Counted from the stretch's first letter, positions 1 to 10,665 are shown. The stretch: DNA of 64,000 nucleotides from Vicinamibacteria bacterium (GCA_964291235.2 OZ219816.1:1760001-1824000); one strand, 5' to 3'. The notes: generated by a model not told the origin, from the letters alone. Numbers and translations: made by a program.

Positions 1-1813
1 ACAAACGGCCGGCCAGCCGGCCGATCGCATCCGTCACCCGGCGCTGGGGCGACATCTGGCCGAGGCCGAGGGCCACCGTAGCCCCGAGCGAGACGAGGGC
101 AAAGACAGCCGCCAGGCCGCCCAGCACCGCGTCATAAACGACAATGAGGAGGAGCGCCGGGGCCAGGAACACCAGCGACAGGACAGCGCCCCCGACCACC
201 CCCTGGACGGCGTCGCGGAGAAGCTGGAACGTTGTCCCGCGCATCGCGAGATCCCCGGCCGAGTAGCGATGCAGGACGCTCGGGGGCAGGCGCAGCAACC
301 GGTCCCAGAAGGCGGCTTCGATCCGTGAGGCCGCGCGGCCCTCCAGACGCATCAAGGCCATTCCCCGAAGGACATAGAGGAGGGACCCGACCAGGCCGAC
401 TGCCGCGAGCGCCGCGGTGGCGAGATACAACAAGCCGACCTCGCCCGCCGGAATCACCGCATCCGCGATGAACCCGAGGACCACCGCCGGCAGCAGCATG
501 ACCAGCCCGCCGAGGAGCCCGGCGAACAGGAAGCGCAGGAAATCGGCCCTCAGCCCGCTCCGGGCGAGGCGGAACAGATCCTTGAGGCCCACGCTGTCCG
601 AAGTCAGGGGCTGATAGAAGAGCCAGGCCCGGTCGCGGAGCGATTGCGCGGTCTCCGCGGTGACCCGGATGGTGCGCCCGGAGACGGGGTCCACCTGGCG
701 ATACGGGCCGTAGACGCCCGGCAACAACACGACGGGCCTCCCGTCCTCCTTGCGAAAGGCCAGCAGCGCGCCGCTGTCACCGAACCACCATCGGTCTTCG
801 GAAGCGAGCCGTATACGCCGGCTGCGGACGCCCGATGCATCAAGGACCTGACCCAGGAGCGTGGCGGGGTCCCCTTCCTCCCGCTCCACGGGGAACCGGA
901 ACGGGATTCCCGTTTGCCGGCCGATGACCCGGAGCGCCTCGAAAAGTTCCGTCGCCTGGGCTTCCTGGCCCTTTTCGGATTCCGGGCGGTACAGATCGAA
1001 GAGTTCGCGCCGGGCGCGCTCCTCGTCGATGCGGCGGTTCGTTGCCCGCACGCGCTCCAGATTGGCCTGGTCCACAACCGCCAGGCTGCGGTTGAGCCGT
1101 TCCACCGCGAAGGCCACGGCCTGGAAGCGCGCCAGTGCGGGCCACAGCAGCCCCTCGCTGGCGAGCGCCCAGGAGGAGCGGCCGGTGACCTCCACCGCGT
1201 CCAGCAGCGTGAGCCAGCTGTCGGGCGTTAGTGGGATCGCGGTGGGTGTTTCTCCGGTTTCCCGACCCGCGGCGGGATCGACCAGGCTCAGGAAAAGCGT
1301 CGCGCCCGGCGGCGGCGCGGAGACCCACACGGGCCCCCGCCGGCTCGACAAGGTGCCGCTCTGCGCCGGCGCGGTCCGTCCGGGTTCGACGAGGACGTCC
1401 GGACGCGGCCGCCCGATGACGTCGCGGGACAGCATGGCCGAAATCTCCTGGAGCCAGGCGTCGGCCTGCTCCGCCAGTTCCGCGGGGCGGACGGACGACA
1501 GGCTGGCGACCGGAAGACGTCGCACCAGCGTTCCCTGCACGCCCTTCGCAACCAGCGCGAGGGTCGTTTCGCCGGCGTCGGACAAAACCCCGGGAAGCAA
1601 CCGGCCGGCGTCCGCCCGCAGCAGGTGCTGCGGCGCCGACTGCTCCTCGCCGTCCTTCCTTTCGACCAGGAACACGTCCACGGCGCCGCTCTCGATGAAC
1701 CAGGCGGATTCGGGATCGGCCATGTCGAGCGGCAGGTTGCCCGCAGAGGCGATCTCCACCCCGAACTCCCCCGCCACTTCGGCGAGCGGGCGTCGCTTCG
1801 GCTTCACGGTCAA
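1..1813 (-). CDS. NHLP/NHLM bacteriocin system ABC transporter, second (non-peptidase) permease/ATP-binding subunit, truncated at window edge
   Basis: Not in the ORF track because no stop falls inside the window. Manual translation from TTG 1813 gives ...GNLPLDMADPESAWFIESGAVDVFLV... and, in the same frame near 244, ...YSAGDLAMRG.... It lies directly downstream of the C39 transporter. The start is approximate and I did not check every codon. Confidence 0.8.
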   Translation of the reverse strand, partial: MTVKPKRRPLAEVAGEFGVEIASAGNLPLDMADPESAWFIESGAVDVFLVERKDGEEQSAPQHLLRADAGRLLPGVLSDAGETTLALVAKGVQGTLVRRLPVASLSSVRPAELAEQADAWLQEISAMLSRDVIGRPRPDVLVEPGRTAPAQSGTLSSRRGPVWVSAPPPGATLFLSLVDPAAGRETGETPTAIPLTPDSWLTLLDAVEVTGRSSWALASEGLLWPALARFQAVAFAVERLNRSLAVVDQANLERVRATNRRIDEERARRELFDLYRPESEKGQEAQATELFEALRVIGRQTGIPFRFPVEREEGDPATLLGQVLDASGVRSRRIRLASEDRWWFGDSGALLAFRKEDGRPVVLLPGVYGPYRQVDPVSGRTIRVTAETAQSLRDRAWLFYQPLTSDSVGLKDLFRLARSGLRADFLRFLFAGLLGGLVMLLPAVVLGFIADAVIPAGEVGLLYLATAALAAVGLVGSLLYVLRGMALMRLEGRAASRIEAAFWDRLLRLPPSVLHRYSAGDLAMRGTTFQLLRDAVQGVVGGAVLSLVFLAPALLLIVVYDAVLGGLAAVFALVSLGATVALGLGQMSPQRRVTDAIGRLAGRL

Positions 1814-1824
1814 AACCCCTGCCG

Positions 1825-4047
1825 CTACCCGGCGCGGACGAGCCTGGCGTAGGCCCCTTGCTCGTCCGCCATCAGATCGTCATGGGTGCCCCGCTGCAGT
1901 TCCACACCCTTCTCCAGCACGATGATCTCGTCGCAATCGCGCACCGTGCTCAGTCGGTGAGCCACGATCAGGCAACTGATTCCCCGGCGCCTCAGCGCGT
2001 CATCCACGTACTCCTCGGTGGCGGCGTCAAGAGCGCTCGTCGCTTCGTCCAGAATGAGGATCGTCGGGTTGCCGACCAACGCGCGGGCGATTTCCAGGCG
2101 CTGCCGCTGGCCACCACTGAAATTGCCGCCGTTTTCGTCAACGGCGGTCCCGTAGCCGAGCGGCCGGCTGAGGATCTCGTCGTGGATGAAAGCGTCCCGG
2201 GCCGCGGCCACCACGTCGTCATCAGGAACGGCGGCGCTCCAGAGCGTGAGGTTTTCGCGCACGGTCGCGGAGAAGAGCACGACTTCCTGGTCCACCATCG
2301 AAAGGGACCGGGACAGCACCCCTTCGGGAATCTCGTGGCGGGGACGGCCATCGAAGAGGATCTCGCCGGACCAGGGCTGGTAAATGCCCGCGACCAGGCG
2401 CGACACCGTGGACTTGCCGGACCCGCTGTGTCCAACCACGGCAACGCGCTGTCCCGGCTTGATGACCAGGTTGAGGTCCTTGATCAGCGGCGGCCGGCCC
2501 TGGGTGTAGCCGAACGTCACTCCGCGCAGTTCCACCTCGCCGGCCAGCCGGAGCCGCCCGTTGAGGGTGGCGATGCCCCCGGACTCCTCGCCCCGCCGGG
2601 TCAGGACCGGGTCTTCCGGGGCTTCGGCGATGTCGTCCAACCGGCGCATGTCCGTCTCCAGCGCCTGACGCTCGTGAGCGAGCTCGATGAAGCGCCCGAC
2701 CGGATCGAGGAAAAGAGCCGCGAGGAGATAGAACGCCACCAATGCTCCGAGCGTCATCTCGCCGGCCATGACCCGGGTGGCGCCCACGGTCAGTACCGCG
2801 GCGTTACTCAGGACCAGGAACAGGCCCGGAAGGGCGGCGCCGAGATGACTGATCTCGGCAAACCGCTGTCGGGCCACCAGTTCCCGGGCCTGATGACCGC
2901 TCCAGCGGGCGAACGCGCTGTCCTCCGCCGCGGTCATCCGCAGGGTGTCCATCTGATTCAGCATCAGCGTGCCGACCCCGAGCAACAGCCCCTGCTCCCG
3001 GCGCATCGAGTGACTCTCGTCGGTCCGCAGCCGGGTAATCAGATGCACGATCGCCCCGTTGAGCACCCCGAGGCCGAACACGATGAGCGCCAGCACGGGA
3101 TCGAAAACGAGCATCAGAACGAGCGCCGCCCCGCTCATCGCGATTTCGATCAGCACGCCGACCAGGTGGTCCGATACGCCTCGGGCGATCTTGTCGATGG
3201 AGAAAATGCGGGCCGTCAGATCGCCGACCAGGCGGTGAGCGAAGAACTGCACGGGCAGCCGCAGCAGCCGGGAGACCAGGCGATTGCCGGCGACGACGGA
3301 AACACGGACGGCGAGCCGCCGCAGCCAACGCTCCTTCAGCCAGGTCAGTCCGTAAACCAGGGCGGCAGCTCCCGCCAGCGCTCCGGCCAGAATGGCGCCC
3401 CACGGCTCCTGCTGTCCGAGCACCCGGTCCACGAAGACGCCCAGGGCGACCGGCGCCACGAGAGCCAGCACGGCCAGAATCAGCCCGCTGGCAACGGCAT
3501 AGCCCAGGCCGCTTCCCGCGCCGCGCAACCACGCCGGGAGGCGGTCGCGGAGACCGAGCCGGCCTCCCCCGGGCCGGAAATCGGGGCCGGGCTTGAACTG
3601 CAGGACGATCCCCGAAAATCCCTCCTTGAACTCTCGGATGGTCAGTTTCCGCCGGCCGGTGGCCGGGTCGTTGAGGAAAAAATGGCCGGAGTCAAACCCC
3701 TCGAGGATCAGGAAGTGATTGAACTCCCAAAAGAGGATCAGGGGCAGCCGCAGCTTCCTGAGTTGCGCCGTGCTGACCTGCAGACCGGTGCACTCGAGGC
3801 CATAGTGCCGGGCGGCCCGGGAGATGCCCCCGGCCGTTGAACCGTCCCGACTGACCCCGCATCGCTGCCGCAACTCGATGAAAGGCACCCAGCGCCCGAA
3901 ATGGCCGAGCACGCTGCCGAGGCAGGCGGCGCCACACTCCGTCGCGTGCATCTGCAGCAGCAGCGGCGTGGTGACCCGCTGCCGGTCGCGGGAACCGGAG
4001 TTCTCGCTGCCTCTCTTCGCTCGGGCGTTCGGCGGAGACGCGGACAT
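1825..4047 (-). CDS. NHLP family bacteriocin export ABC transporter, C39 peptidase/permease/ATPase
   Basis: TPLLLQMHATECGAACL (C39 Cys), FWEFNHF (His), TM region, Walker A GHSGSGKS, signature FSGGQRQR, Walker B ILILDEATS. Confidence 0.93.
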   Translation of the reverse strand: MSASPPNARAKRGSENSGSRDRQRVTTPLLLQMHATECGAACLGSVLGHFGRWVPFIELRQRCGVSRDGSTAGGISRAARHYGLECTGLQVSTAQLRKLRLPLILFWEFNHFLILEGFDSGHFFLNDPATGRRKLTIREFKEGFSGIVLQFKPGPDFRPGGGRLGLRDRLPAWLRGAGSGLGYAVASGLILAVLALVAPVALGVFVDRVLGQQEPWGAILAGALAGAAALVYGLTWLKERWLRRLAVRVSVVAGNRLVSRLLRLPVQFFAHRLVGDLTARIFSIDKIARGVSDHLVGVLIEIAMSGAALVLMLVFDPVLALIVFGLGVLNGAIVHLITRLRTDESHSMRREQGLLLGVGTLMLNQMDTLRMTAAEDSAFARWSGHQARELVARQRFAEISHLGAALPGLFLVLSNAAVLTVGATRVMAGEMTLGALVAFYLLAALFLDPVGRFIELAHERQALETDMRRLDDIAEAPEDPVLTRRGEESGGIATLNGRLRLAGEVELRGVTFGYTQGRPPLIKDLNLVIKPGQRVAVVGHSGSGKSTVSRLVAGIYQPWSGEILFDGRPRHEIPEGVLSRSLSMVDQEVVLFSATVRENLTLWSAAVPDDDVVAAARDAFIHDEILSRPLGYGTAVDENGGNFSGGQRQRLEIARALVGNPTILILDEATSALDAATEEYVDDALRRRGISCLIVAHRLSTVRDCDEIIVLEKGVELQRGTHDDLMADEQGAYARLVRAG

Positions 4048-4117
4048 CGGGGGTCGGTGGCGGACTTTGGACTACGCCAACTGGCGGCGCACCAAGTCTC
4101 CCGCTGGAGGGCCGCCG

Positions 4118-4202
4118 CCGTGGAGAAAGCGCCCCGCATTTGGAAACCCGTCGAGCGCGCTCGTTCGGGCGGCAAACAGAATGCGGGGCGCCTTCTCCAC
4201 GG
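4118..4202. repeat. Long intergenic inverted repeat (23-bp arms)
   Basis: ccgtggagaaagcgccccgcatt (4118-4140) pairs with aatgcggggcgccttctccacgg (4180-4202) with one mismatch. Confidence 0.8.
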
Positions 4203-4209
4203 GATGAGA

Positions 4210-5097
4210 TCAGTAGCGTCCGAGACCCAGGACCGCGACGGGAGGCTCGCGGCCCAGCAGGATACGGACGCGGCATGGCGTCCCGTCCGGGACGGAGAGA
4301 TCCGCAGCGTCCTCCAGGTCCACGTCCACCCGATACCGGGACTCGGAGACCGCGGGCGGGAACTCCGCCAGCCACTCCGGCAGCGGTCCGGGAGTCACCG
4401 AAGCCACCTCTCCATCCCACACCCGTGTCGTCCCGTCGGGCATTTCGATGTCAACCGAGGCGCGCATTCCGGACCGAATGCGTTCCGCGGTCTGCGAAGC
4501 GACGCGCAGGACCGCCCGCAGGGGTCCATCTTCCGCGGCGCGAAGCTGCGCAACGGCAACTCCCACCGGCAGGTAGTCGCCCGCCGCGGACCGGAGCGCC
4601 ATCACGTCGCCGCCCATTTGGGCGACGATGACCGCTCTCGCGGAACGCCGAGCCTCCATCTCGAGGAGCGCCGTGCTGGCCGTATCGAGGACGGAGCGGA
4701 CCCCGGCGCCGCCTCCCGCGCGTTGGATTTCGGTCTGGAGCAACTCGACCCGTTCACGCAGCGCCTCGGTTTCACGGTCCAGCTCCGGTGTCGTCTGGCG
4801 GGCAATGGGGTCTCCGGCCTCGACCCGGGCCCCCGGATCCACCAACACCTCCACCAAGTGGCCTGGTTCGGTCGCCATCACCTCGTGGCGATCTCCGGGC
4901 TCGATCAAAACCCCGTCCAGCGTCAGACCGAGGGTGATGTTCCCGAAGAACCCCCAGACCGCGAGCCCCACCAGGACCAGGCCGATTCCCGCAAGCAGCA
5001 GGCGCTCGTGCGGCGCCGTGACCCGAAGGAGGTGGTCGAGTTGCTGGCGCTGGTCTTTGCTGGCGAGGGCCTTCTCGATAAAACCTTTCCTGAACAC
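4210..5097 (-). CDS. NHLP bacteriocin system secretion protein (HlyD-like membrane fusion protein)
   Basis: N-terminus MFRK..ALA..QQLDHLLRVT followed by a TM helix, lipoyl-like halves and a coiled coil; upstream of the two transporters. Confidence 0.85.
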   Translation of the reverse strand: MFRKGFIEKALASKDQRQQLDHLLRVTAPHERLLLAGIGLVLVGLAVWGFFGNITLGLTLDGVLIEPGDRHEVMATEPGHLVEVLVDPGARVEAGDPIARQTTPELDRETEALRERVELLQTEIQRAGGGAGVRSVLDTASTALLEMEARRSARAVIVAQMGGDVMALRSAAGDYLPVGVAVAQLRAAEDGPLRAVLRVASQTAERIRSGMRASVDIEMPDGTTRVWDGEVASVTPGPLPEWLAEFPPAVSESRYRVDVDLEDAADLSVPDGTPCRVRILLGREPPVAVLGLGRY

Positions 5098-5159
5098 CGA
5101 CTGAGAGTTCCCGGCCTTGCCGAGAGCGGTCGGCAGAATACCAGAGCGAATTCAGTTCC

Positions 5160-6125
5160 TTACGCCCTGGCGCCAGCCGGAACGCGCCGCCCGGGGAACA
5201 TCAGCCAGGCGAAGAAGACAGCCGCGAGAGCTTCCGAACCCGTAGCCAGGCCCGCCAGTTTCGCCGCCACGAGCGCGGCGGTGAGCACCGCGGCGACCGC
5301 GCTCGCGGGAGCCCGAAGACGCTGGAGCGCGGAGACGAACTGCTGCGATTTCGGGCGCTCGGGATCGAGCCGCCGCGAGGCGATGAGGTAGTCGCGACCG
5401 AAGCCGATCAGGAAGGGGATTCCGAGGGCCGCCGTCGCGGGCGGCGCCCACTCGGGCTCGATGAAGGGCGCGAGACAGACCGCGACCAGGCCCATCTGGA
5501 AGCCGGCGAGGCGGCGCCGAAACGGGCTCGGGGGCAGCTTGCCCATCCGGCGGCCGAACCGTTCCTCCACAAACAAGGCGGCGCCGAACAGGTACCGCCC
5601 AAACCCGGCGAGGAGGTACCAGGCGGGCAATGTTCCGGTGGCGAACACCGCGATGCCACTCGCCGCCGCCAGGCCCAGGGCGTCGGCCTCAGCGTCGAGC
5701 CGGGCTCCGAACGCGCTTTCAGAACCGGTGCGGCGGGCGACGGCCCCATCGGCATAGTCGCAAAGAGCCGCCACGGCATAGAGGAGGCACGGGAGCCACC
5801 CGGCGAGCAACAGCCGGGCTTCGAGGGAGTTCGTCGCCGCAAATCCGGTCCCCGCGAGGACCGCCAGTACTGCGAGACGGAGGAGAGTCAGCCGGTTCGC
5901 CGGCCCCAGGGGACTTGGGGGGGATTCCCGGGCCGCGTAGCGCACCACGGCGAAAAAGGCAGCGAGCCCGACCAACCCTCCGGCGAGCGGGAGGCCGGTA
6001 AGCAGGACCGCAAGACCGAACACCGCTCCCCCGGCGAGGGCCGAGAACCGTCCCAGTTCGCGTCCGCTGGCGTTGGCGGAGGGAGACCTCGAGTCGTTCA
6101 GGTCAGGAACCGAAGGCGCAATCAA
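5160..6125 (-). CDS. CDP-alcohol phosphatidyltransferase family protein
   Basis: PANRLTLLR and DYADGAVARRTGSESAFGARLDAEAD match the DxxDGxxAR...GxxxDxxxD signature; start uncertain. Confidence 0.88.
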   Translation of the reverse strand: MIAPSVPDLNDSRSPSANASGRELGRFSALAGGAVFGLAVLLTGLPLAGGLVGLAAFFAVVRYAARESPPSPLGPANRLTLLRLAVLAVLAGTGFAATNSLEARLLLAGWLPCLLYAVAALCDYADGAVARRTGSESAFGARLDAEADALGLAAASGIAVFATGTLPAWYLLAGFGRYLFGAALFVEERFGRRMGKLPPSPFRRRLAGFQMGLVAVCLAPFIEPEWAPPATAALGIPFLIGFGRDYLIASRRLDPERPKSQQFVSALQRLRAPASAVAAVLTAALVAAKLAGLATGSEALAAVFFAWLMFPGRRVPAGARA

Positions 6126-6383
6126 CAGCCTGTGGAAGAAGTCACGCGTAGTCCAGCCCGGTGTTCACTACCGGCCGTAAGCCGTCACCCGCCGGCCACC
6201 GCTCGCGATTCGTCCGTCCCAAGCGCATTCGCATACCCCCAAGTAGCGCTGTCCAGACAACCGCTCCTACCTTACACCGCCCGCGAGGCGCCGTGCCGAA
6301 GCCGACACGGCCGGAAGCAGCGGAGCCCCGTTTCGGACATACTCTGGCGAGCTAGCGCTGTTGCAAGGGGAGGTGACCGCGTC

Positions 6384-9300
6384 ATGAAGTTGACTGTCTT
6401 GGCTCTGGGGTTCTCGTTGGCGTCCGGGGTCGCCGCCGCACAGGACGGCGGGATATTGGGCACGGTAACCGACTTCGGCGGCGGAGCGCTGCCCGGGGTC
6501 ACCGTCGAAGTTTCGGGCTCGGCGCTCGCCAGCCCGCAGGTGGCGGTGACCGACCGCCGCGGGGAGTTCGCGTTCGCCGAGCTGGCCCCCGGCGACTACG
6601 TCGTCACCTTCAGCCTGGCCGGATTCGAGCAACTCGAGCGAGAGGTGGAGCTGACCGCGGGCGACACGCTCACGGTGGACGCGGAACTCCAGTTGGGAGG
6701 ACTCTTCGAGGAAGTGACCGTGTCGGTCACGGGGACCGCCATCGAGGCGCCCGCGATCAACATGCCGCACGCGGTGACCGTGGTCAGCCGCGAGACGCTG
6801 GAGCAACAGGGCAGCACCCAGCTCGTTGATCTCTTCCGCAGCCTGACGGTCAGCCACGGCGTGGTCGGCGAACGGAACAGTTGGTACAACTCGAACCAGC
6901 CGGCGACCCTCACCGAGAATGTCGCCAACGTCAACTTGCGCGGGCTGGGCGCCTCGCGGACGCTCGTGCTCATCAACGGCCGGCGCCAGGTGCCGGTCCC
7001 GGCGCGCCTGATCGGCGGGCGCTTCGTGGATGTGAACACGATCCCCTCGATCGCCGTCGGCCGGCTGGAGGTGCTGAAAGAGGGCGCCTCGGCGACCTAT
7101 GGCTCGGACGCGGTCGGCGGCGTCGCCAACTTCGTCACCCGCAGCGACTTCCGGGGCTTCGAGATCAACGTTGGGCACGACTACTACGACGGCGGGGGCG
7201 ACACCTCCGTCGCCGGGATCTGGGGCCTCGACATCGGTTCCTCGAGCGCCGTCTTCTCCATGGAGCGCGTCGGCCGCCAGGAGCTGCAGATGTCGGAGCG
7301 GCCCTGGACGCTCGACCGCCTCAGCGAGTACCCCCCGGGGACCCGCGGGGGCTGGTCGAGCCTGGGCAACCCCGGGACCTTCGCGGTGGGCGCGCCGGCG
7401 CCGTGGACCGCCGATGTCTTCGATCCCCGCTGCACCGATTTCGGCGGTATCGACGAAGGCTGGACCTGCCGGTTCCGCTACGCCCCGTACGACAACCTGA
7501 TTGACGAGCAACAACAGACCCGCGCGTTCGCCGAGATCAACGGTCCCCTGGGCGAAGGGATCGAGTACCACATCGAGGGACTGTGGGCCGACGCCGTCAT
7601 CCCGAACTGGTACACGACTCCGTCGTATCCACCGTTCCCGCTAACCAGCACGACGGTCATGGAGGTCGGGGCCGACCATCCGGGCCGCCAGGCGTTTTGC
7701 GGCGTTTACGGCGGGGACCCGAAGGCCGACCCGAACGGCGCCTGCCTGGACGGCTCCCCCTGGTACCTCAACGGCCGCCCGTACGGGAACTCGGGGCCCG
7801 GGCGCCGGCTGCGCCGCGAGTCGCGCACCCAGCGCGTGGCGGGTTCGCTGCACGGCGAGTTCATGGCGGGCGAACGGGACCTCCACTGGGACGCCGGCGT
7901 CAGCTATTCGCGGGCGCAGGGCAACCTGAACCTGCCGGCGGTCTATACGGACCGGATGTTCCGCGCCTTCCGCGGCTTCGGCGGCCCCAACTGCGGGGTC
8001 GGGGTGCAGGCGGACCACACGTCACCGGCGGGCATGGTGCTCGGGCCGCTGAACGGCGCGGTGGCGGGTCAGGGTCCCTGCATGTACTACAACCCGTTCA
8101 GCAACGCCGTCCAGTTCTCCGACCAGCCGGGATCGGCGCTCCAGAACACCGCCAACCCGGACTACATCGCCGAACTGGCCAACTCCGAGGACCTGCGGAC
8201 GTGGCTCAACGAGGAAGTGGACCTGTTCAGCACCTCGGACATGTTCGTGGCCGATCTCACGTTCAGCGGCAATGTCGTCGAGGATGTGGCCGACTTCGCC
8301 ATCGGCTACCAGTACCGCCGCATGGAGGCCAATGGCAACCCGAATGACCCCGGGGATGTCACCGTCAACCCCTGTCAGGTGGCGGGCGACACGACCTGCG
8401 CGCCGGGGCGGCGGTTCGGCCCCTACCTGTTCACGAACGTCCACCGCCCCTACGACGCGAGCCAGCAGGTGCAGCGGCTGTTCGGTGAGCTGGCCCTCAA
8501 GATCGGGTCCCGTATCGACACTCAGATGGCCGCCAACTACGAGTTCTACAACGTTGCCGGCCGCCGGGTGGACAGCTTCGATCCGAAGTTCGGCTGGCGC
8601 CTGCAGGCGGCCGAGAACGAGGACTTTTCTCTCTCCTTCCGTGGCTCGGCGCAGACCACCTTCCGGACTCCCTCGCTGGACGACCTGAACACCAGTCCGC
8701 TGACGACCCTCGAGTGGATCTCGGAGACCGGCGCCTACCAGGCCGTGGACCGCTTCGGGCGCACCGACCTGCTCCCGGAGCGGGCGTTCACCTACAACGC
8801 CGGCGTCGTCCTGTTCCTCGCCGGGGGCGTGGAAGCAACGGTGGACTACTGGACCTATGACTTCGACAACGTGATCGGGTCCATGCCCTACGACTCGATC
8901 TCGAGCCTGTACGCCAACGGCGATGACGCGACCCGGAACGCGGTGGCGCCGTTCATCATCTGTCCCGGCGGCCGGGCCTCGGAACTGGCGATGGCGGACC
9001 GCTGCGACGCGCAGAACCTCCAGCGCATCCAGATCGACCTGGTGAACTGGCCGGGACTCACCACCTCGGGGATCGACACCCACCTGGCGGCTCGCACCGA
9101 CGCCGGGTCGGGGCAGCTCTCGCTTAGTTGGGATTCCACCTACACCCTCCGCTACGACACGAAGGAACTGCTGCTCGAGGGCACCGATCTGGTGCTCCGG
9201 GAGGAAGAGGAGGCCGCCGGTTTCCTGAACTTCGCGCACCCGATCGCGGTGCCGCTTCCCCGCTGGAAGAGCCGCTGGTCGGCGTCTTACGCCTGGGACG

Positions 9301-9569
9301 CATTCCGGGCGGCGAGCTACGTGAACTACATCTCTTCCTACGAGGATCAGGGGGACGATGAGATCGTGCCTCTGATCGAGCCGTTCCTCACCTGGGACCT
9401 GAGCCTCCTGTGGCGCGGTCCTGCCGGGGTAAACCTCACGGTCTACGGCATGAACCTGACCGGGCGGGTTCCCCCGTGGGTCAACATCGAACAGGCGTTC
9501 GACGGCTTCACCCACGACGCGAAGGGACGCCGGATCAAGGCGGCGCTGAGCTGGCGGTTCGGGAGCTGA
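6384..9569 (+). CDS. TonB-dependent receptor with N-terminal carboxypeptidase-regulatory-like domain
   Basis: Signal peptide after GGAGG RBS; plug motifs VNLRGLGASRTLVLINGRR and LEVLKEGASATYGSDAVGGVANF; C-terminal ...LSWRF. Confidence 0.93.
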   Translation: MKLTVLALGFSLASGVAAAQDGGILGTVTDFGGGALPGVTVEVSGSALASPQVAVTDRRGEFAFAELAPGDYVVTFSLAGFEQLEREVELTAGDTLTVDAELQLGGLFEEVTVSVTGTAIEAPAINMPHAVTVVSRETLEQQGSTQLVDLFRSLTVSHGVVGERNSWYNSNQPATLTENVANVNLRGLGASRTLVLINGRRQVPVPARLIGGRFVDVNTIPSIAVGRLEVLKEGASATYGSDAVGGVANFVTRSDFRGFEINVGHDYYDGGGDTSVAGIWGLDIGSSSAVFSMERVGRQELQMSERPWTLDRLSEYPPGTRGGWSSLGNPGTFAVGAPAPWTADVFDPRCTDFGGIDEGWTCRFRYAPYDNLIDEQQQTRAFAEINGPLGEGIEYHIEGLWADAVIPNWYTTPSYPPFPLTSTTVMEVGADHPGRQAFCGVYGGDPKADPNGACLDGSPWYLNGRPYGNSGPGRRLRRESRTQRVAGSLHGEFMAGERDLHWDAGVSYSRAQGNLNLPAVYTDRMFRAFRGFGGPNCGVGVQADHTSPAGMVLGPLNGAVAGQGPCMYYNPFSNAVQFSDQPGSALQNTANPDYIAELANSEDLRTWLNEEVDLFSTSDMFVADLTFSGNVVEDVADFAIGYQYRRMEANGNPNDPGDVTVNPCQVAGDTTCAPGRRFGPYLFTNVHRPYDASQQVQRLFGELALKIGSRIDTQMAANYEFYNVAGRRVDSFDPKFGWRLQAAENEDFSLSFRGSAQTTFRTPSLDDLNTSPLTTLEWISETGAYQAVDRFGRTDLLPERAFTYNAGVVLFLAGGVEATVDYWTYDFDNVIGSMPYDSISSLYANGDDATRNAVAPFIICPGGRASELAMADRCDAQNLQRIQIDLVNWPGLTTSGIDTHLAARTDAGSGQLSLSWDSTYTLRYDTKELLLEGTDLVLREEEEAAGFLNFAHPIAVPLPRWKSRWSASYAWDAFRAASYVNYISSYEDQGDDEIVPLIEPFLTWDLSLLWRGPAGVNLTVYGMNLTGRVPPWVNIEQAFDGFTHDAKGRRIKAALSWRFGS

Positions 9570-9591
9570 GCGGCGGCTGGCGGCCTGGCTG

Positions 9592-10611
9592 CTAACAGCC
9601 GGCGGCGGCGGAACCGGCCGCCGAACTCGTCAGCGCCGCCAGCGCGGCCGGGAGCCGAACGCCCGGGGTGCATTCGACGGCCTCGAGCGTCGGGCTGGCG
9701 GTGAGGGCGTCGTTCCCGACGGCGGCGGCCTGGAGTTTCAGGTGGGCGAACAGCGGCCGGGTGGGAACGAGGCGACCGCCCTGAAGGGCGGCGGGCATCA
9801 GCTTGAGGCCGACCGTGCCCCGCACGTTGCCGCCGATGGTCAGGATGCGTTCCCGCTCCGGCTCCAGCCGGACGACGATGTCGCAGTGCATGCGGGCGCC
9901 GACGCCGAGGTGCCGCCGCCGCTGGGCAATGGACGTGTAGGCGTTCCGCCGGCTGCTGCACAGCAGGTCGCCCGGCTCCACCGCGTTGTCCCCCACATCG
10001 TGGGCAATGAAGGCTGCCGGTGAGGAATCCGCGTCACGGGCGCGAATGGCCTGATCGACGTAGGAATGGTGCGCGATCGAGCGCTGAAACTGATCCGGGC
10101 TACCGAGGCCGCCCTCGCACATCACCCAGGAGATGAACGCGGCGGACCAGGGATCGCGCCAGCGGGAGGTCAGGCCGCCCGGCCCGTTCCACCTGCCGTT
10201 CTGGCGGTCGATCATCCACGACCCGCGCGGCGTCGCCGCCCAGTACCCGGCGATGGTCGGCGCGATGCGCGCGCCCTCCGCCGCATTGGCGGGCCGCCAC
10301 CACCAGCGCCGCGTTCCCGGAGTCCGGGGAGCGCGGGGGACCGTCTGGTCGACGACGTAGAACCCGAAAAAACCCCATTCCTGGACCGCGATGTCCACGA
10401 TGCGCCGCCGGGTTTCCCCGGTCGGCAGGTCGCGGCAGGCGCTGGACCCGACGCGCATGCGTCCCGGCGAACCCTCGACCAGCGCCGACGGCGGCGCGAC
10501 GTCGAACTGTTCCGCGGGGAGGCGGTCCAGCGGTGTTGTCTGGGCAACCCCGTCGGCGGTTGGCGCGAGCGTCGTCAGCGCGCCCAGCAGGGTGACGAAG
10601 ACCGACTTCAT
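9592..10611 (-). CDS. DUF2272 domain protein (CHAP/NlpC-like amidase fold), secreted
   Basis: PWSAAFISWVM, PGDLLC..R, HCDIVV and TIGGNV motifs; signal peptide. Confidence 0.8.
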   Translation of the reverse strand: MKSVFVTLLGALTTLAPTADGVAQTTPLDRLPAEQFDVAPPSALVEGSPGRMRVGSSACRDLPTGETRRRIVDIAVQEWGFFGFYVVDQTVPRAPRTPGTRRWWWRPANAAEGARIAPTIAGYWAATPRGSWMIDRQNGRWNGPGGLTSRWRDPWSAAFISWVMCEGGLGSPDQFQRSIAHHSYVDQAIRARDADSSPAAFIAHDVGDNAVEPGDLLCSSRRNAYTSIAQRRRHLGVGARMHCDIVVRLEPERERILTIGGNVRGTVGLKLMPAALQGGRLVPTRPLFAHLKLQAAAVGNDALTASPTLEAVECTPGVRLPAALAALTSSAAGSAAAGC

Positions 10612-10665
10612 CCAGGTTCCCTCCAATTCAGATCGCGCCACCCAGGGGCTTGGCGGCACAAATTA

